A program made the translations under genes and the position numbers. A stretch of DNA of 64,000 nt, taken from NCBI GenBank assembly GCA_000182565.2, contig KQ257454.1; one strand, 5' to 3'. This DNA comes from Spizellomyces punctatus DAOM BR117 (lineage: Eukaryota). The notes beneath the pieces are model-generated. The model was not told the origin of the DNA and searched no databases. It saw nothing but the letters and a program-made list of their open reading frames with translations. Positions 1 through 11,800 of this stretch are shown piece after piece (the first letter of the stretch is position 1; every line of letters begins with the position of its first letter).

Positions 1-136
1 CAGGTCGACCTCAAGACTTTCGCCAGGCAGCGAGGGGCAGGTTGCCGTTGGAGGGCTGGGAAAACGCCGTAGAAAGGCGTGGTGGGAAGCGAGATATCTC
101 CCCGCTTAAACTGGGAGCTGATTTCGGATCCAACAC

Positions 137-2918
137 TCAACAACCGAACCCGCAAAACGCGGCGCCTTCCACAGGTGCCTCAAGATCTAGCGTGAACGAT
201 GCTTGAGTCTCCTCGGGTGGTGACCAGACAGATTGGACATTGCGTGAGTCGTGAAGTGTAGATGGTAGCTGGGAGTGAACGGGGTTGTCCCACAGATAGT
301 CGTCCAAAGCGTCGGTGGGTTGTGGCGGTTGCTGTTGCTGATGCTGATGCTGAGGACGAGGATGGTGCGGCTGCGGCTTTTGAGGTGAAACCACCTGAAG
401 ATGCTCCTGCTGCTGATACGGATCGATCTGGGGTTGGTGTTGGGGCATCTCTGAAGTGTAAAATCTATGCAACTGCTGTTGCTGTTGTTGCCGCACAGAA
501 ATCAGCTGTTGCAGGTAGTGCTGAAGTATCGGCTTCGTCGCTACCGGCGGGACGCTTTCGAGCAAGTGGCGAGTCTTGTGCATACTCGCCAGCAGGGACG
601 CCTGGACTCTGCGCCAAGTCTGCCAATCGTGGTTCATCGCGTGGTCGCTTTGGTGGCAGTTGAAAGCTTTTATCCAGCTGTTTAAGCTGCAACTCAGCTT
701 GCGGAAAACTCCAATGCAGACCTCAAGCCCGAGCCAACACAGGAGAAAGCGTTCCCTCTGGCATGACTCGTCTGCCGTCCCTGTTCGGCTGCCATACAGC
801 AACGCCATGCTGTCCAAGATAGATTGGACTGTCGTCACTGCTGTATCCCATTCGCCTGCCGTGATTACCGTCCGCTTCTGGTCGGCCACCAGACCTTGTA
901 GTTTGGAGCTGCCGTGGTGCGGTATTCGCAGTCCGTTCGCCTGATTAGGTTCGTAAACCATAGCTTCTGTCTCATGCTTCTCCGGAATCAATCTCAGATA
1001 AAGCATCTGGAACAAGAGCTGCCGAGTTTGTCCAGTCACATTGTCCGTGTGGCTAAGAGCTTGAGCTTCCATGCTCATATTGAAACGTTGACGGATATTC
1101 GCCATACTCGGTGGCATTGAACGTATCTGGGGAGTCTCGTCAATGTGGGTACCGTGGTTTGTGTCAATAATACATGCGGCCAAGAGACAGATTTCGGTGG
1201 TAGCAACGAACGTACTCAACCGCGAGGCATACACTGACTCTGGCACCATTTTACGATGCTGGAGATCATACTTACTTGACAAAGAACCTTTTTGTTGCGC
1301 GCAAAGTGCGGCATTAGCCGGCCTCGGTTCCATGGCAGACAAGAGGATCGTTGGGGACAAGCCGGACACAATGCGACTGTATAGCGAGAATACGACGCAC
1401 GTCCACCAACAAAAGTTTACCAGTTCGCTCTCGACGTCCTCCTGAGAGATGGACCCGCGCCGGTGTGCAGAAGCTAAAGTCGGGGTATTGGCTGGATGCT
1501 GCTGAGAGCTTTGAAGGGGGTATTCTTTGCGCAAGTTTTGCGCGAGTGTCCACGCCAAATGGATTATCCCTTGCATTTCTTGCATGTTCTTTGGCGAACC
1601 GGCTGGTACTAGCAATCGCTGAAAGATGACGATAAGGAGGGTCTGCAGCATCTCGAGCGATAAGCAGGCGTCGACACGGATATAGATCGCTTCCAGGGCT
1701 ATTGAAAAGGCTCGCTCGCACTCCCCGTTGCATTCGGTGGAAGAATGTGGAGCCGCAGACTCGTCATCCCTGCATGTGCCGATCGCCTGCCGCCAGCACG
1801 AAGCCGCGGCCAACACAGCCAAAGTGAGAGGCCCCGGGGAGGACTGCGTCGCTTGCGATTTGTGGAAAAGGGTTTTGTTCACCAGGTAGGAGAGGGGATG
1901 GAACAGGAAGAACGTCTCAATAAGTTGGAACGTCTCCGCTCCGTCTAGAGTCTTGAGATCCTGCTGTGCTGTTTCCCAGTTATGAGGGCACGGCGAGGTA
2001 TGTGGCATTGGTTCGAGCGTGTTAGATAACTCTTCACCCGAACTGTGCAGCTCCGGGGAGGTACGGCAGACCGCTCTGTTCTTCTGCGCCAAGTCTAGGT
2101 GAGGACGAAGCACCACGCGGAGCAGCCGTCGGGACAGAGCCAAGAAACAAACATGATGGTGTCCGCCACCTGGAACTGAGAGGGAATTGGGCGACCAGGT
2201 CTTGCGCGATTCCGTCGGCATAAGCCAGGGTTGTCGCGAGTCTGGGGAAGAAAATGCAATCATATCGGGGATGCTCCGGAAAAGATCTTCGTCGCCAGAG
2301 TCTCGGACCGACAACCGGGGACTGGCGTGCGGTATTGGCAAACGATTTGGTGTGCCTACTGGTTGGGGACTAGGAAAATCCGCAACAGGGGAGGTTGTGG
2401 TGGAGCTGGGAGGAGTAGACTCCAAGATACTGCTCAAGTCAAGGTCAATTGGCATAGCAGCATGTCGAGGATCAGCGCGAGGAGTACGAGTATGGCCAGA
2501 TCTCGCGGTGCGGCCGTTCTGCGGCTTCGAGCTTGGGCGACCTAGCTTCTGTCTCGGAACATAGATGCATGTTTTTGAAAGCACTCGACATCGATCACAT
2601 CCTTCAATTTGACCTAAAAACGTTGTGCGCGAAACGGTTAGCCATCTGACGTGTCAGCAGCAGGCAGAATGTTCCAGTTTTCTTGCTGGTTTACTCAAAG
2701 CCAAGATCCTCACAGGAGTGCTTAGCACCTTTCGCCAATAAGAGTAGTTTGCGCCCATGTTCTACACAATTTGGGATGTCTCATGCCAGCTTACCACTGC
2801 ATCGAATTTTACGCGCACGACAAGCCTGGCATGCGCTGCGTAGAGGGGGACCGCTGGCGATAGTTGCTCTTCCCGACGAGACACAAGCGGTAAAGAAAGA
2901 CGAACAGTTGGCCGTCAT
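137..2918 (-). CDS. Zn(II)2Cys6 fungal transcription factor with middle homology region and Gln-rich C-terminus; probable cluster regulator
   Basis: Exon 1 (2918-2795) reads MTANC...RSACQACRARKIRCS. A GT-AG intron spans 2794-2614, and exon 2 continues GQIEGCDRCRVLSKTCIYVPRQKLGRP, completing C-x2-C-x6-C-x6-C-x2-C-x6-C. It joins the 815-aa ORF, which has a LIETFFLFHPLSYLVNKTLF-type TF middle region and poly-Q. Confidence 0.92.
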
Positions 2919-3296
2919 CGTTACATTAAGGAATATGCGCAACTCGAGTATGCTGTCGTTCTAGGAGGAGGATGAGCGCGACGGTCGTCAGTGTTGTGTG
3001 CAAGGGCCTGCCTTGACAGTGGAATTAACTTTTGTTGAAAGTGAGCGTAACCGCCGTGGGGCATCTGGAGGGGGGCGGGGGGATGCAACAACTGGACGTC
3101 ACATTTTATTTCGTTTCGCTGGCCGCCCCAGCTATATACGCCTTCCAGCCTTTGGTCTTGCGGGAGCGGCCAATTTCCTTCGATCCAAGCGAGCCATTTC
3201 GACGTTGGCTGTCCTAATGTGCTGATATTGAGGGGTTAACAAACGCTCCAACACGTAGTAGTTGTAAGGACCAGCTTTTCGGAATATCGGAACCTT

Positions 3297-3371
3297 GGGA
3301 GGGACTGCGCTTCCTAAGCACATGGTCTGCTTGAGGGAGGGACTGCGCGTCCTAAGCACAGTGTCTGCTTG
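3297..3371. repeat. Two near-identical 37-bp tandem copies (period 38) upstream of the TF
   Basis: GGGAGGGACTGCGC(T/G)TCCTAAGCACA(TG/GT)GTCTGCTTG at 3297 and 3335. Confidence 0.9.
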
Positions 3372-3477
3372 CGTAAGCGACTTGGGTGCAGGCAGCAGTT
3401 ATCCTCGGGTTGACCGAACACCACCTGGCAACATCTTGTGTGCTTCGCCTGTCCGCTTCAACCAGGTTTCATCTTCT

Positions 3478-5000
3478 TCAGCTGGCGTATATCCGGCCAC
3501 CGGCTGCCACGATTCGCGTGTAGAGCTCGTTCCAGGTTATGCATCGAAATGGCGCCTGAAACCGCGTCCCAGCAACTTGATCTGTTCCTCTAGTTTCTTT
3601 CTCCTGCTTCGGTACGTCATCTGCAGGAGGCTGGGATGTCGAGGAAGTGGCTGGCGGGTAGGAGGTGGTCGCTTCGAACGATGTTGACCAAGGCGTATTC
3701 GAGCATGCGCTCATGACACAACAGGCGACCGGGTGCCGCGAGTCCAAATAACGCAGGTCAAAGTCAATTTGTGCTTGGACAACTGTATCCAACGCAACAC
3801 GTATAGAGCTCGGTAGGTGTACCTATGTGTCAGCACAAAGGAAAGCTCAAAATACAGGTCAAGGGAGTTTGCGTAAAAATCCTTTGGCGATTCTGTTGGA
3901 TCCTTCCGCATGAGGCGATGCAATCACTTACCGTCTCCTGAAGTTCCATCAACGGTGATTGCGCTTGCTCAAATCGGAACTCGACCCGCCGCAAATCGAG
4001 CGCTAACCCGACCCCAATAGCTTTCACGTAGCTCTCCTTCAATGCCCAAAGCTGTGCGAATCGATGCAGCTTCTGCTGCTCTTGAGTCAGTCGCTCCCCT
4101 TGCAGAATAGGGTTAATATCAGGTGCACATATGTCAGCGCGACCGCTGCAACTGCTAGTACGACACGTCTCAGAGCATTTTGGCAGCGTTTCTCTCAGTC
4201 CTGCAGAGCTGTCGAGTCTTCCATCTCCGTCATGGTGACTGCGGCTGCCGTGAATATACGCCCACTCTGCCTCGGTAAACACTTCGTCGAAATCCGCCAG
4301 ATACTCGTCTACGGGTTCGTCCGATGGGTTGTCTACTGACGATACGTCAACTCCCAACTGCTTTGAAAAGCCCGCGGCTATTACAACCCAGTCTCCATGG
4401 TGCGACACGTTGAACTGTAAGAAAGGCACGCGTGGCAAAAACTGACAATCCAGTTAGCAACGGCAGTAGAGTGGTCGAGTACGTTTGACACAGCTCAGAT
4501 AGAGTAGACTGATCCGCAAAGGGTTGACACAAGGTACAGACTTCGATATGCACTTACTAAGAAGGGTTTTTCATGCGCATCTCTGCTGATATCGATGTCG
4601 TACCAGCAAGAATGAAGTGACAGATCTGGGAAGCTATCTTGAGAAGCAAGGAGGGCGATTACTGCAGTACGTGCCAAAAGTTGACCAATGAGAGCTCTAC
4701 ACGCATCGATCCGGAACCTGTATCGCTTGACCCGCTCTTGCTCTGCTGGAGGCAGTAGACGTAGCAATTGATCTGTGAACTACCAAATAAGAGGATTTTG
4801 CGGAAATCTGAATGAGTACGCGCATGCCCTTGTGAAGTCAATGAAGGACAACAAAAGGCAGTACAGCAAGCGGATGCGGGAAAGGATCACTGTTAAGAGG
4901 TTACCTTGTCGCTCGGTGACCATGATGGAACGTAAAATGACCAGCGCAGTGTGCTATCTCCAACCCGGCTGCTCGTATTATGAGTCGATACTGGGATCAT
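3478..5000 (-). CDS. Sfp-type 4'-phosphopantetheinyl transferase (AASDHPPT/Lys5/NpgA-like), 4 exons
   Basis: Spliced product: MIPV...TLRWSFYVPSWSPSDK | FTDQLLRLLPPAEQERVKRYRFRIDACRALIGQLL...HEKPFL | ...FNVSHHGDWVV...LGVDV...FAQLWALKESYVKAIGVGL | ...LDSRHPVA. These are the canonical Sfp motifs (FNxSH, GVD, WxxKESYxKAxG). Confidence 0.93.
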
Positions 5001-5852
5001 ATTGTTGGTGAGAACTTGAAGCTGAAGACGGAAACTTGCCACATTGGATTATGGACATTTTACAATTGGTTTATAACTGGACAGCTGGGACTACATGTAT
5101 TCTACCTGCAGTTGAAGAACAATTTTGGCTTTCCATTAGAGTACCAGTGCCCCGGTTGCGACGGATGCACACGCCAATCAACGGTTGAAAAGAAACGGCG
5201 AATTTCACTGAAGGTTCACTTTACACCCGCGGGATGTAGTTGCAATCACCTGGGTTATGCAATGCACCAAACGTATTATTGGCGCCTATTGTCGGCCACA
5301 AATCGTCGCCCGGTGATTAGAAACTGTAACAGTTGCGATGTGAGAGAATCTGGTCTTCTTCGGCAACTTTCTTCATCCCGCCAGGAATTCAACCTCCTTC
5401 GGCAATTCAGGATTGTCTGTATCTATAGTACTTGTTAAATATATTCCTATAGATCTCTCTGCAAAAAGCCGCCGTCATGGACAAGGCTGACAGGTACGTC
5501 GATCGGAATTGAATGCTAACGTAATCAGACCTAATGAACGCGCGCCGGGGGAACGGTGCGGAAGGCGCCAACAATGTAAATCACCGGCGGACCCACGACG
5601 TGGCATGGCTACAACTACCAAACTGTCGGGACCGGATCGGAGCGGAGACTTCTCGGTAATCTCTCCAGAAAGGGTTATTATGGCTTCTTTCCAAAAATGA
5701 GTGGTAGATTGCCTCATCCGCATTTCATGTTCATGGATGCTGCGGACTCCTCATGCTTGCGTAATGCGTCGGGCATTTGATGGCTTTGGGAGTCGTGCGC
5801 GATGAACCACAAAAGTCCCCGGACTTGTTGGGATTCAGCCAACCTACTTTGA

Positions 5853-5862
5853 GCGGAGCTTT
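5853..5862 (+). promoter_or_regulatory. Candidate Zn2Cys6 site GCGGAGCTTT in the PPTase/dioxygenase divergent promoter
   Basis: Same GCGGAGNWTT motif recurs upstream of the ABC and NRPS genes; near-copies at 5642 and 5888-5897(-). Confidence 0.4.
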
Positions 5863-6318
5863 ACAGCCATTTCCCTCCTTCTGTAGGTATTCTCCGCTGA
5901 TTTTCGGCGGAGGCTTGGCATACATATCTTTTTTGTTCACAAAGTCGCCGTCGCTTCCCGCCGAGTTGAACCTGATGTACATTCCGACCGTTCTGAATGC
6001 AATACCGCCGTATCTCCGCCCACCGTGTGCGCCTCAACAGAAGCGACGGCCCACCGGAATGAGAGAAAGAGCCCGCTTGCAGTGGCCGACCGGAGCGGAC
6101 AGGCTGGCATCCGCAATGGCGTGTGTTATCCAACCTACGACTGCTGGTGACTCTCCATGACCGCTAGCTTGCGGTATATCCCATTTTCTCTGCTGGCTGA
6201 CTGCTACAGGATACCCAATTATATAAAAGAGGAGCATGTCTCTCACGAAGACTCTCTCAGCCATTTCTCAGAGTAAGCCCACTTGCCCACCTCCCTGCAT
6301 TGCTTAAAGATCGGCAGC

Positions 6319-7418
6319 ATGAGTCCTATACTGTATCAAGACACCCTGCCTGCAACTTCATCGGCCAAGGCCAACTCCAGTGAATCCACTGCTCGCCCTC
6401 CGGTCCCAGCTAGCGATGACAACCTCATCCTACCCGTCGAGACCCAGAACCTCATCGAGTCCGAGGTGCAGAATCTGAAGCATGCGACTCACATTCGTTT
6501 CAACCCAAGACGCTTTCTTGGTTTGAGCGAACCTGAGATTGAAGAGAGTATCCGTCAACTGAGGAAAGACTTTGACTCTCTTCCCACTGATAACTTTGTT
6601 CCCAGCAACTGGAGCCGGTATCGAACCTACTCGCGCGCCATTGTTCTTCCTTGGGAGAAGCCAATGCGTGTCCGGTATCTGCCGCCCTACCTTGACGAGA
6701 ACGGCAACGAGGAGGTTCCGTATAATCAAGGTTCCGTACCAGTTGGAAGTTGGGGCTTGTCGTTTGCCATTTATGTAGCTAAAACCAATTTGCTGCTCTT
6801 CTCTGACACGCAACAGGCGCATTCAATGTGGACTGCAGCAACGTCCGTCGCTGGTACAGCCCCATCACAGAGTCCATTAGGAACCTCCCTCTCCTCAATC
6901 GAATGATTCTAATGGATATTGCCCTCTGTGACTGGTCAGAGGACGAGCTTCGCCACCCGATCTTGGTCGGAATCCACTTTGTCAAGACGGCTCCAAACCC
7001 ATCTTGGCCAGTGGGCATCAACACTCCGAACGCCCTGCACCAGGACGGCCACAAGTTTTCGTTCGTCCACATGGTTCGCAGAAAAAATGCGGCAGGTGGC
7101 GAGAATGTTGTCGCCAAACCAGAGCACGCCGACAAGCACCCCTCCACGGTTCCGGCCAATGACATTTTCACCACGTTTACGTTGGAAGAACCTCTCGATA
7201 GCTTTGCGGTCTATGACGACAAATGCACCCACTATGCAGGTATCGTTCGGTGTTGTGTACAGAGGTATTTTCTCAAGGAAAGAACGTGCGCTCATGTTGA
7301 ATGGGTCGGTTCATTCAAAGGTGCCGTTTTGCAAGCCGAGCCCGGAGACAAGCCCACCGAGCGCAGCGTTTTCATTTTGGATGTCGAGCCCATGGTCGCT
7401 GCGGTCTGCCCAATCTAG
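6319..7418 (+). CDS. 2OG-Fe(II) dioxygenase, PF10014 (BsmA/L-isoleucine-4-hydroxylase-like) family
   Basis: Introns at 6731-6816 and 7240-7320. Motifs FDSLPTDNF...RYRTYSR, YNQG, VGIHFVK, NTPNALHQDG (HxD), RRKNAAGGEN, TLEEPLDS...DDKCTHY and ERSVFILD. TATA-like TATATAAAA at ~6220. Confidence 0.85.
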
Positions 7419-8840
7419 TATTCTTTTCCCAAGTCCTCTTTGAATTCGTTTTGGTTGTTTAAAATCCGTTTTGTCCATAGATCTCTTGTATCTTGTATCA
7501 TCAAAGTATTTCCATAAAACAAATAGACATTATGTCGCACGATCTTACAAGAGCCCTTGCTCTAGAGAAGTGCCTCATCATCAAACGTCACCGCCTTCAT
7601 ATACATTTTTGAGTTATTTCGTTTTGCTTGCGGCCGAAGGATACCATTTCACCTCTCACTTCGCAATCGTCGCATGCTAACGGCAGAGCAAACATTCAAG
7701 TTTAGTTGTTTCCTACTTTTCACACTCTATTTGTCGTGACTAGCCGAGCCCTATGTCAAGTTAATAACTTGGCACCTTGTTTTTAGCTGGTTTGCGACTT
7801 TTAAATCACCATAATGGTTCTATTAAGGTGCCTATTAAGGTGCCTTGCAAAGTCAGCATAACTGCACTAAAGTACACTCTGCTCTGCTGTTACTGTCCGC
7901 CGTTGTGGTCAGGCAACCATTTTCCGAATGATAATATCATAGTTTCTCCAGTCCATTGACGAACAAAGCAATGCTTCAAGCCGTCTCCGCTGGCTCGGCC
8001 CTGTATTTGGAATCGGTGCTGGGCAACTATCCCCTCGGCTCTGTGCGCCAGTCGAGCAAACTACTGCGCTCACGTCTTCTCTAGTGGGAACGAAACCAGT
8101 AGAACAGGACAGAAGGCTGACTTCAGATCATCAAGAAAGTCATCTACAAGATAACAGCCGTCTTTTTAGCACCTCATTTGGTACTGTGGAGTCATGGCAA
8201 GGTGTCTGCCTGCCTTTAAACGTGCCTCCAAAGTCAGCTTAAAGTCGTTATCAGCCATCTTTCTGGCACCTCGTTTTTAATTGGTTTGGGGACTTTTGAC
8301 TGAAGAGAAGGTGTCTTGAGCCTTCAAAGCCGGGTTACCCTTCGGGCCAAGTCCATGAAAAAAAGCGGATGGTTTGGCTGTTGCCACTTTTTCGGTCATG
8401 TCTTTGGGGCTGGTGCAGGGAAAGCAATCCCTCGTCTCTATGGTCCAGTCAATCCCCCGCCTCCATCGAACGTTTGTGTGTGCAGAGATATGATGACACC
8501 CTTCCTGTACGCCATTGCGGTGCTACCGGTGATTCTTTTGGATTTGAGTGTTGTTGCTTGCACCGAGATTAGACTCGCGGGAGCTGGAGACTTCACTCTA
8601 TAGCCAAAAGAGGTGGTGTTTGTCTCCATTGAAGGGAAGGAAGCTGGATGTAGTTATGCTACTATTCCGATTGAGGCTTAACAGTTTCTTTTTCAAACGC
8701 AGTTCATAGATACATAAATATCTAAACAGTCTTGGTACCCCGTCACAGGCCTATAGAGTCTATATCATGTGAAAAGTTCTACCTAATTCTATGGTATCTG
8801 CCAGAAAACGTAAAGGGAAGTATCCTTTTCCTACTGCTAT

Positions 8841-11800
8841 CTATTGCTGTCCAGAATTATGCACGAGCCCAAAGAAATGGGAGGTAGAATCCGCCAATAA
8901 GTCACCGGGAGCGCCAATCTCGACCACACGGCCAGCATCCATGACGATGATCTTGTCGTAAGACATGATCGTGTTCACCCCTGCGTGGGACGGGATAGAA
9001 CGATGAGAAATGTTACTGAAAACAAATCTTTGTCAGGGAGAATACATACGATGAGCAATCGTGACCACGGTGCAGTCTCCAAACTCGGTTTTCAAGGTTT
9101 CTTGTATGAGGGCGTCTGTGTCGTTGTCGACGGATGCGGTAGCTTCGTCGAGTATGATGACTTTGGAGTTGCGCAGGATTGCACGGGTCAGGCAAACAAG
9201 TTGCTTTTGTCCCACCGAGAAATTGTCGCCGGCTACCCTCATTTGTAGAAAAAGTGTAACTGGATGAGGGCCCATTTCATTCCTGGCTAGCCAGTACGGC
9301 TCGGACATTACATTACCTTCAGTAACAGTGGCATCCAACCCTCCATCCATTTCCTTCACCAGAGATTTCAATCCCACTTTCTCCAGGGCGGACCACAGCT
9401 CCTGATCGGTGGCTTTGCTGAATGGGTTGAGATTTTCCCGCAGGGTGCCGGTAAACATGAACGCTTCTTGTGGAATGATGGACAAGCGTTCGCGAAGAGT
9501 CGCCAAATCCACGCTGGCAATGTCAACGTCATCAATCTTTATGAAGCCATCCGTACCCTCAACATCAGCTTGATTGAAATCGGACTTTGATATCTCGACC
9601 ATACGTAGCAGAGCAAGGGCTAGGGAAGACTTTCCTGCTCCAGTACGACCAACTAAAAGAAATGGAAGAGGAAAAAGTTATTGATAATGTAGACGTAAGC
9701 TGGACTGCTACCTGAAACTTGCTTATACATACCAATCCCCACTTTCTGTCCACCGTCAATAGCAAATGTGAGGTTCTTCAAAACGAGGTCCATGCCCTCC
9801 CGGTAACGCATATTGACATTCTGGAACTCAATTCTGCCGTTTTGGGGCCACTCTTTGAGATCGCGTTGCGATTGAACGTCCTTTTCCAGTGGAAGGCTGA
9901 GATATTGTTTGAGCCGCTCCGCGTCCACCAGCTGTGTTTGCAGGTAGCCAAGTTTGGTCATCATGAGCGCAACCTCCTGCATAATGGCGAGGATCGTCGA
10001 TACGGCAAGAGCAACAGTCGAGGGGGAGAGCCGTTCGACGGAAACAACGGCAAAGACAGCGCTCGCGAAGACAACCAATGTTGCTGGTGGAGAACGAGAG
10101 AAATGGTAAGTCACCTACCTCTGAACCGGAGCCTACCGACGGCGACACTTACAGACGATGGTGATCCAAAGGGAGAACCACCTGTTCGCGTAGTAGAACA
10201 TGATCAAGGCCGCCTGCTGCCGGTCCATGTTGAGAGCATTCTGCTCGGAATNNNNNNNNNNNNNNNNNNNNNNNNNNNNNNNNNNNNNNNNNNNNNNNNN
10301 NNNNNNNNNNNNNNNNNNNNNNNNNNNNNNNNNNNNNNNNNNNNNNNNNNNGACATATGAAGGAGTCGCTCGTAGACTTGATTCGGAGGTACGCGACAGA
10401 CGCGGGAATGTACTGGTGCATGACAATGTAGCAAATTATTCCTATGGAGAAGAGCAAAAAGAAAGCCACGATCATTTAGGTTCTGCGCGCGCGCAGGTCA
10501 AAGCATCAGCTTTCCCAGTTCAGACAGAGAACCCTACCGGCGACCAGAACAACGATGAGGAATGACGGAAGGCTTATAATTGTCGGAAGAATGTTGACAA
10601 TAACATTTCGCCAGCGCGAAAATCATATCGTAAAAGGCATCCGGAAGACCCACGTCCACAGACGCAAGGTTAGAACTGAAACGGGTCATGATTCGTCCAA
10701 CCGGCGTGACAGAGAAAAACAACCAAGGCATCTTCATGATCCGGGAGAGGAGGTCGTTATGTAGCACGCGACCAGCACGGACACCCATGAAGCACAAGAA
10801 AAGGGAACCAGCCCATGGATAAAGGACGACATAACCAATGACCCAGGCCAGATAAATCCCAAAATAGAAACCCAGGCTGTGGGACGAGGGGTTGTCGTTC
10901 CAGTACAAAAGCCAGTATCTTGAGGCGAGATTGACTCCCTCGGAAACAACGAGTCCCAGAAAGAATGCCGCCAGCAGCGCGAAGGAGCAAGCGCGGAAGT
11001 ACATCATCACAACTTCCCAGCTGACTTTGCCATTCTCAGTTTCCTCCTCTTCGATCAGCTTAGCCTTTTCCCCACCAATCTCCCCTCCGCTTGTGCTGTC
11101 AGGATCGGCCGCTTCGTCTTCTGCCACTGCACCTTCTGTCGACTCTGTTGCTGCCACAACCGCTGTGGGACTATTGAAAAGTGCCTCGGAGATCTTACTG
11201 TCCGCAATCAGGACGTCGTAGGGCCCAGAGGCTACGATCTTGCCTTCCCCAAGCACCAGGACGCGATCAGCGTCCTTCAGGACATGTACAGCATGGGTGG
11301 AGAGCACTCGGGTTTTGGTGGCCAACAAGCCTTGAGGTCCGAGAACACGATCAAAGATGTGCTTTCCAACATGGCGATCAACAGCAGATAACACGTCGTC
11401 GAGAAGATATATGTCTGCATCACCGTAGACCGCACGAGCCAGGGAGACTCGCTGACGCTGGCCACCAGAGAGGTTGACACCGCGCTCGCCAATTTCGGTT
11501 TGATCGTGTGCAGCCAGGAGCTCTAAGTCCCGGGAGAGGGCACAAGCTTCAATGACGAGGTTGTATCGGTTGGCATCGTACGGGCGACCGATCAAGATGT
11601 TGTCGCGGATGGTCCCTTGGTAGATCCAGGGCTTTTGCGAAACGTAAAGGACAGATCCTCCCACGAAAACAAGCCCGCTGGTCTTTTCCATTTGACCAAG
11701 TATCGCAGAGAGTAGCGAAGACTTCCCTGATCCTACTGCGCCGACCACCCCGACAAACTCGCGCGATTTGATGTCCAATTCCATTTCGGTGAGCGTGGCC

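Noticed and set aside
8316-8629. Short ORFs between the dioxygenase and ABC gene 3' ends
   Set aside because: No motifs or splice support; treated as intergenic.
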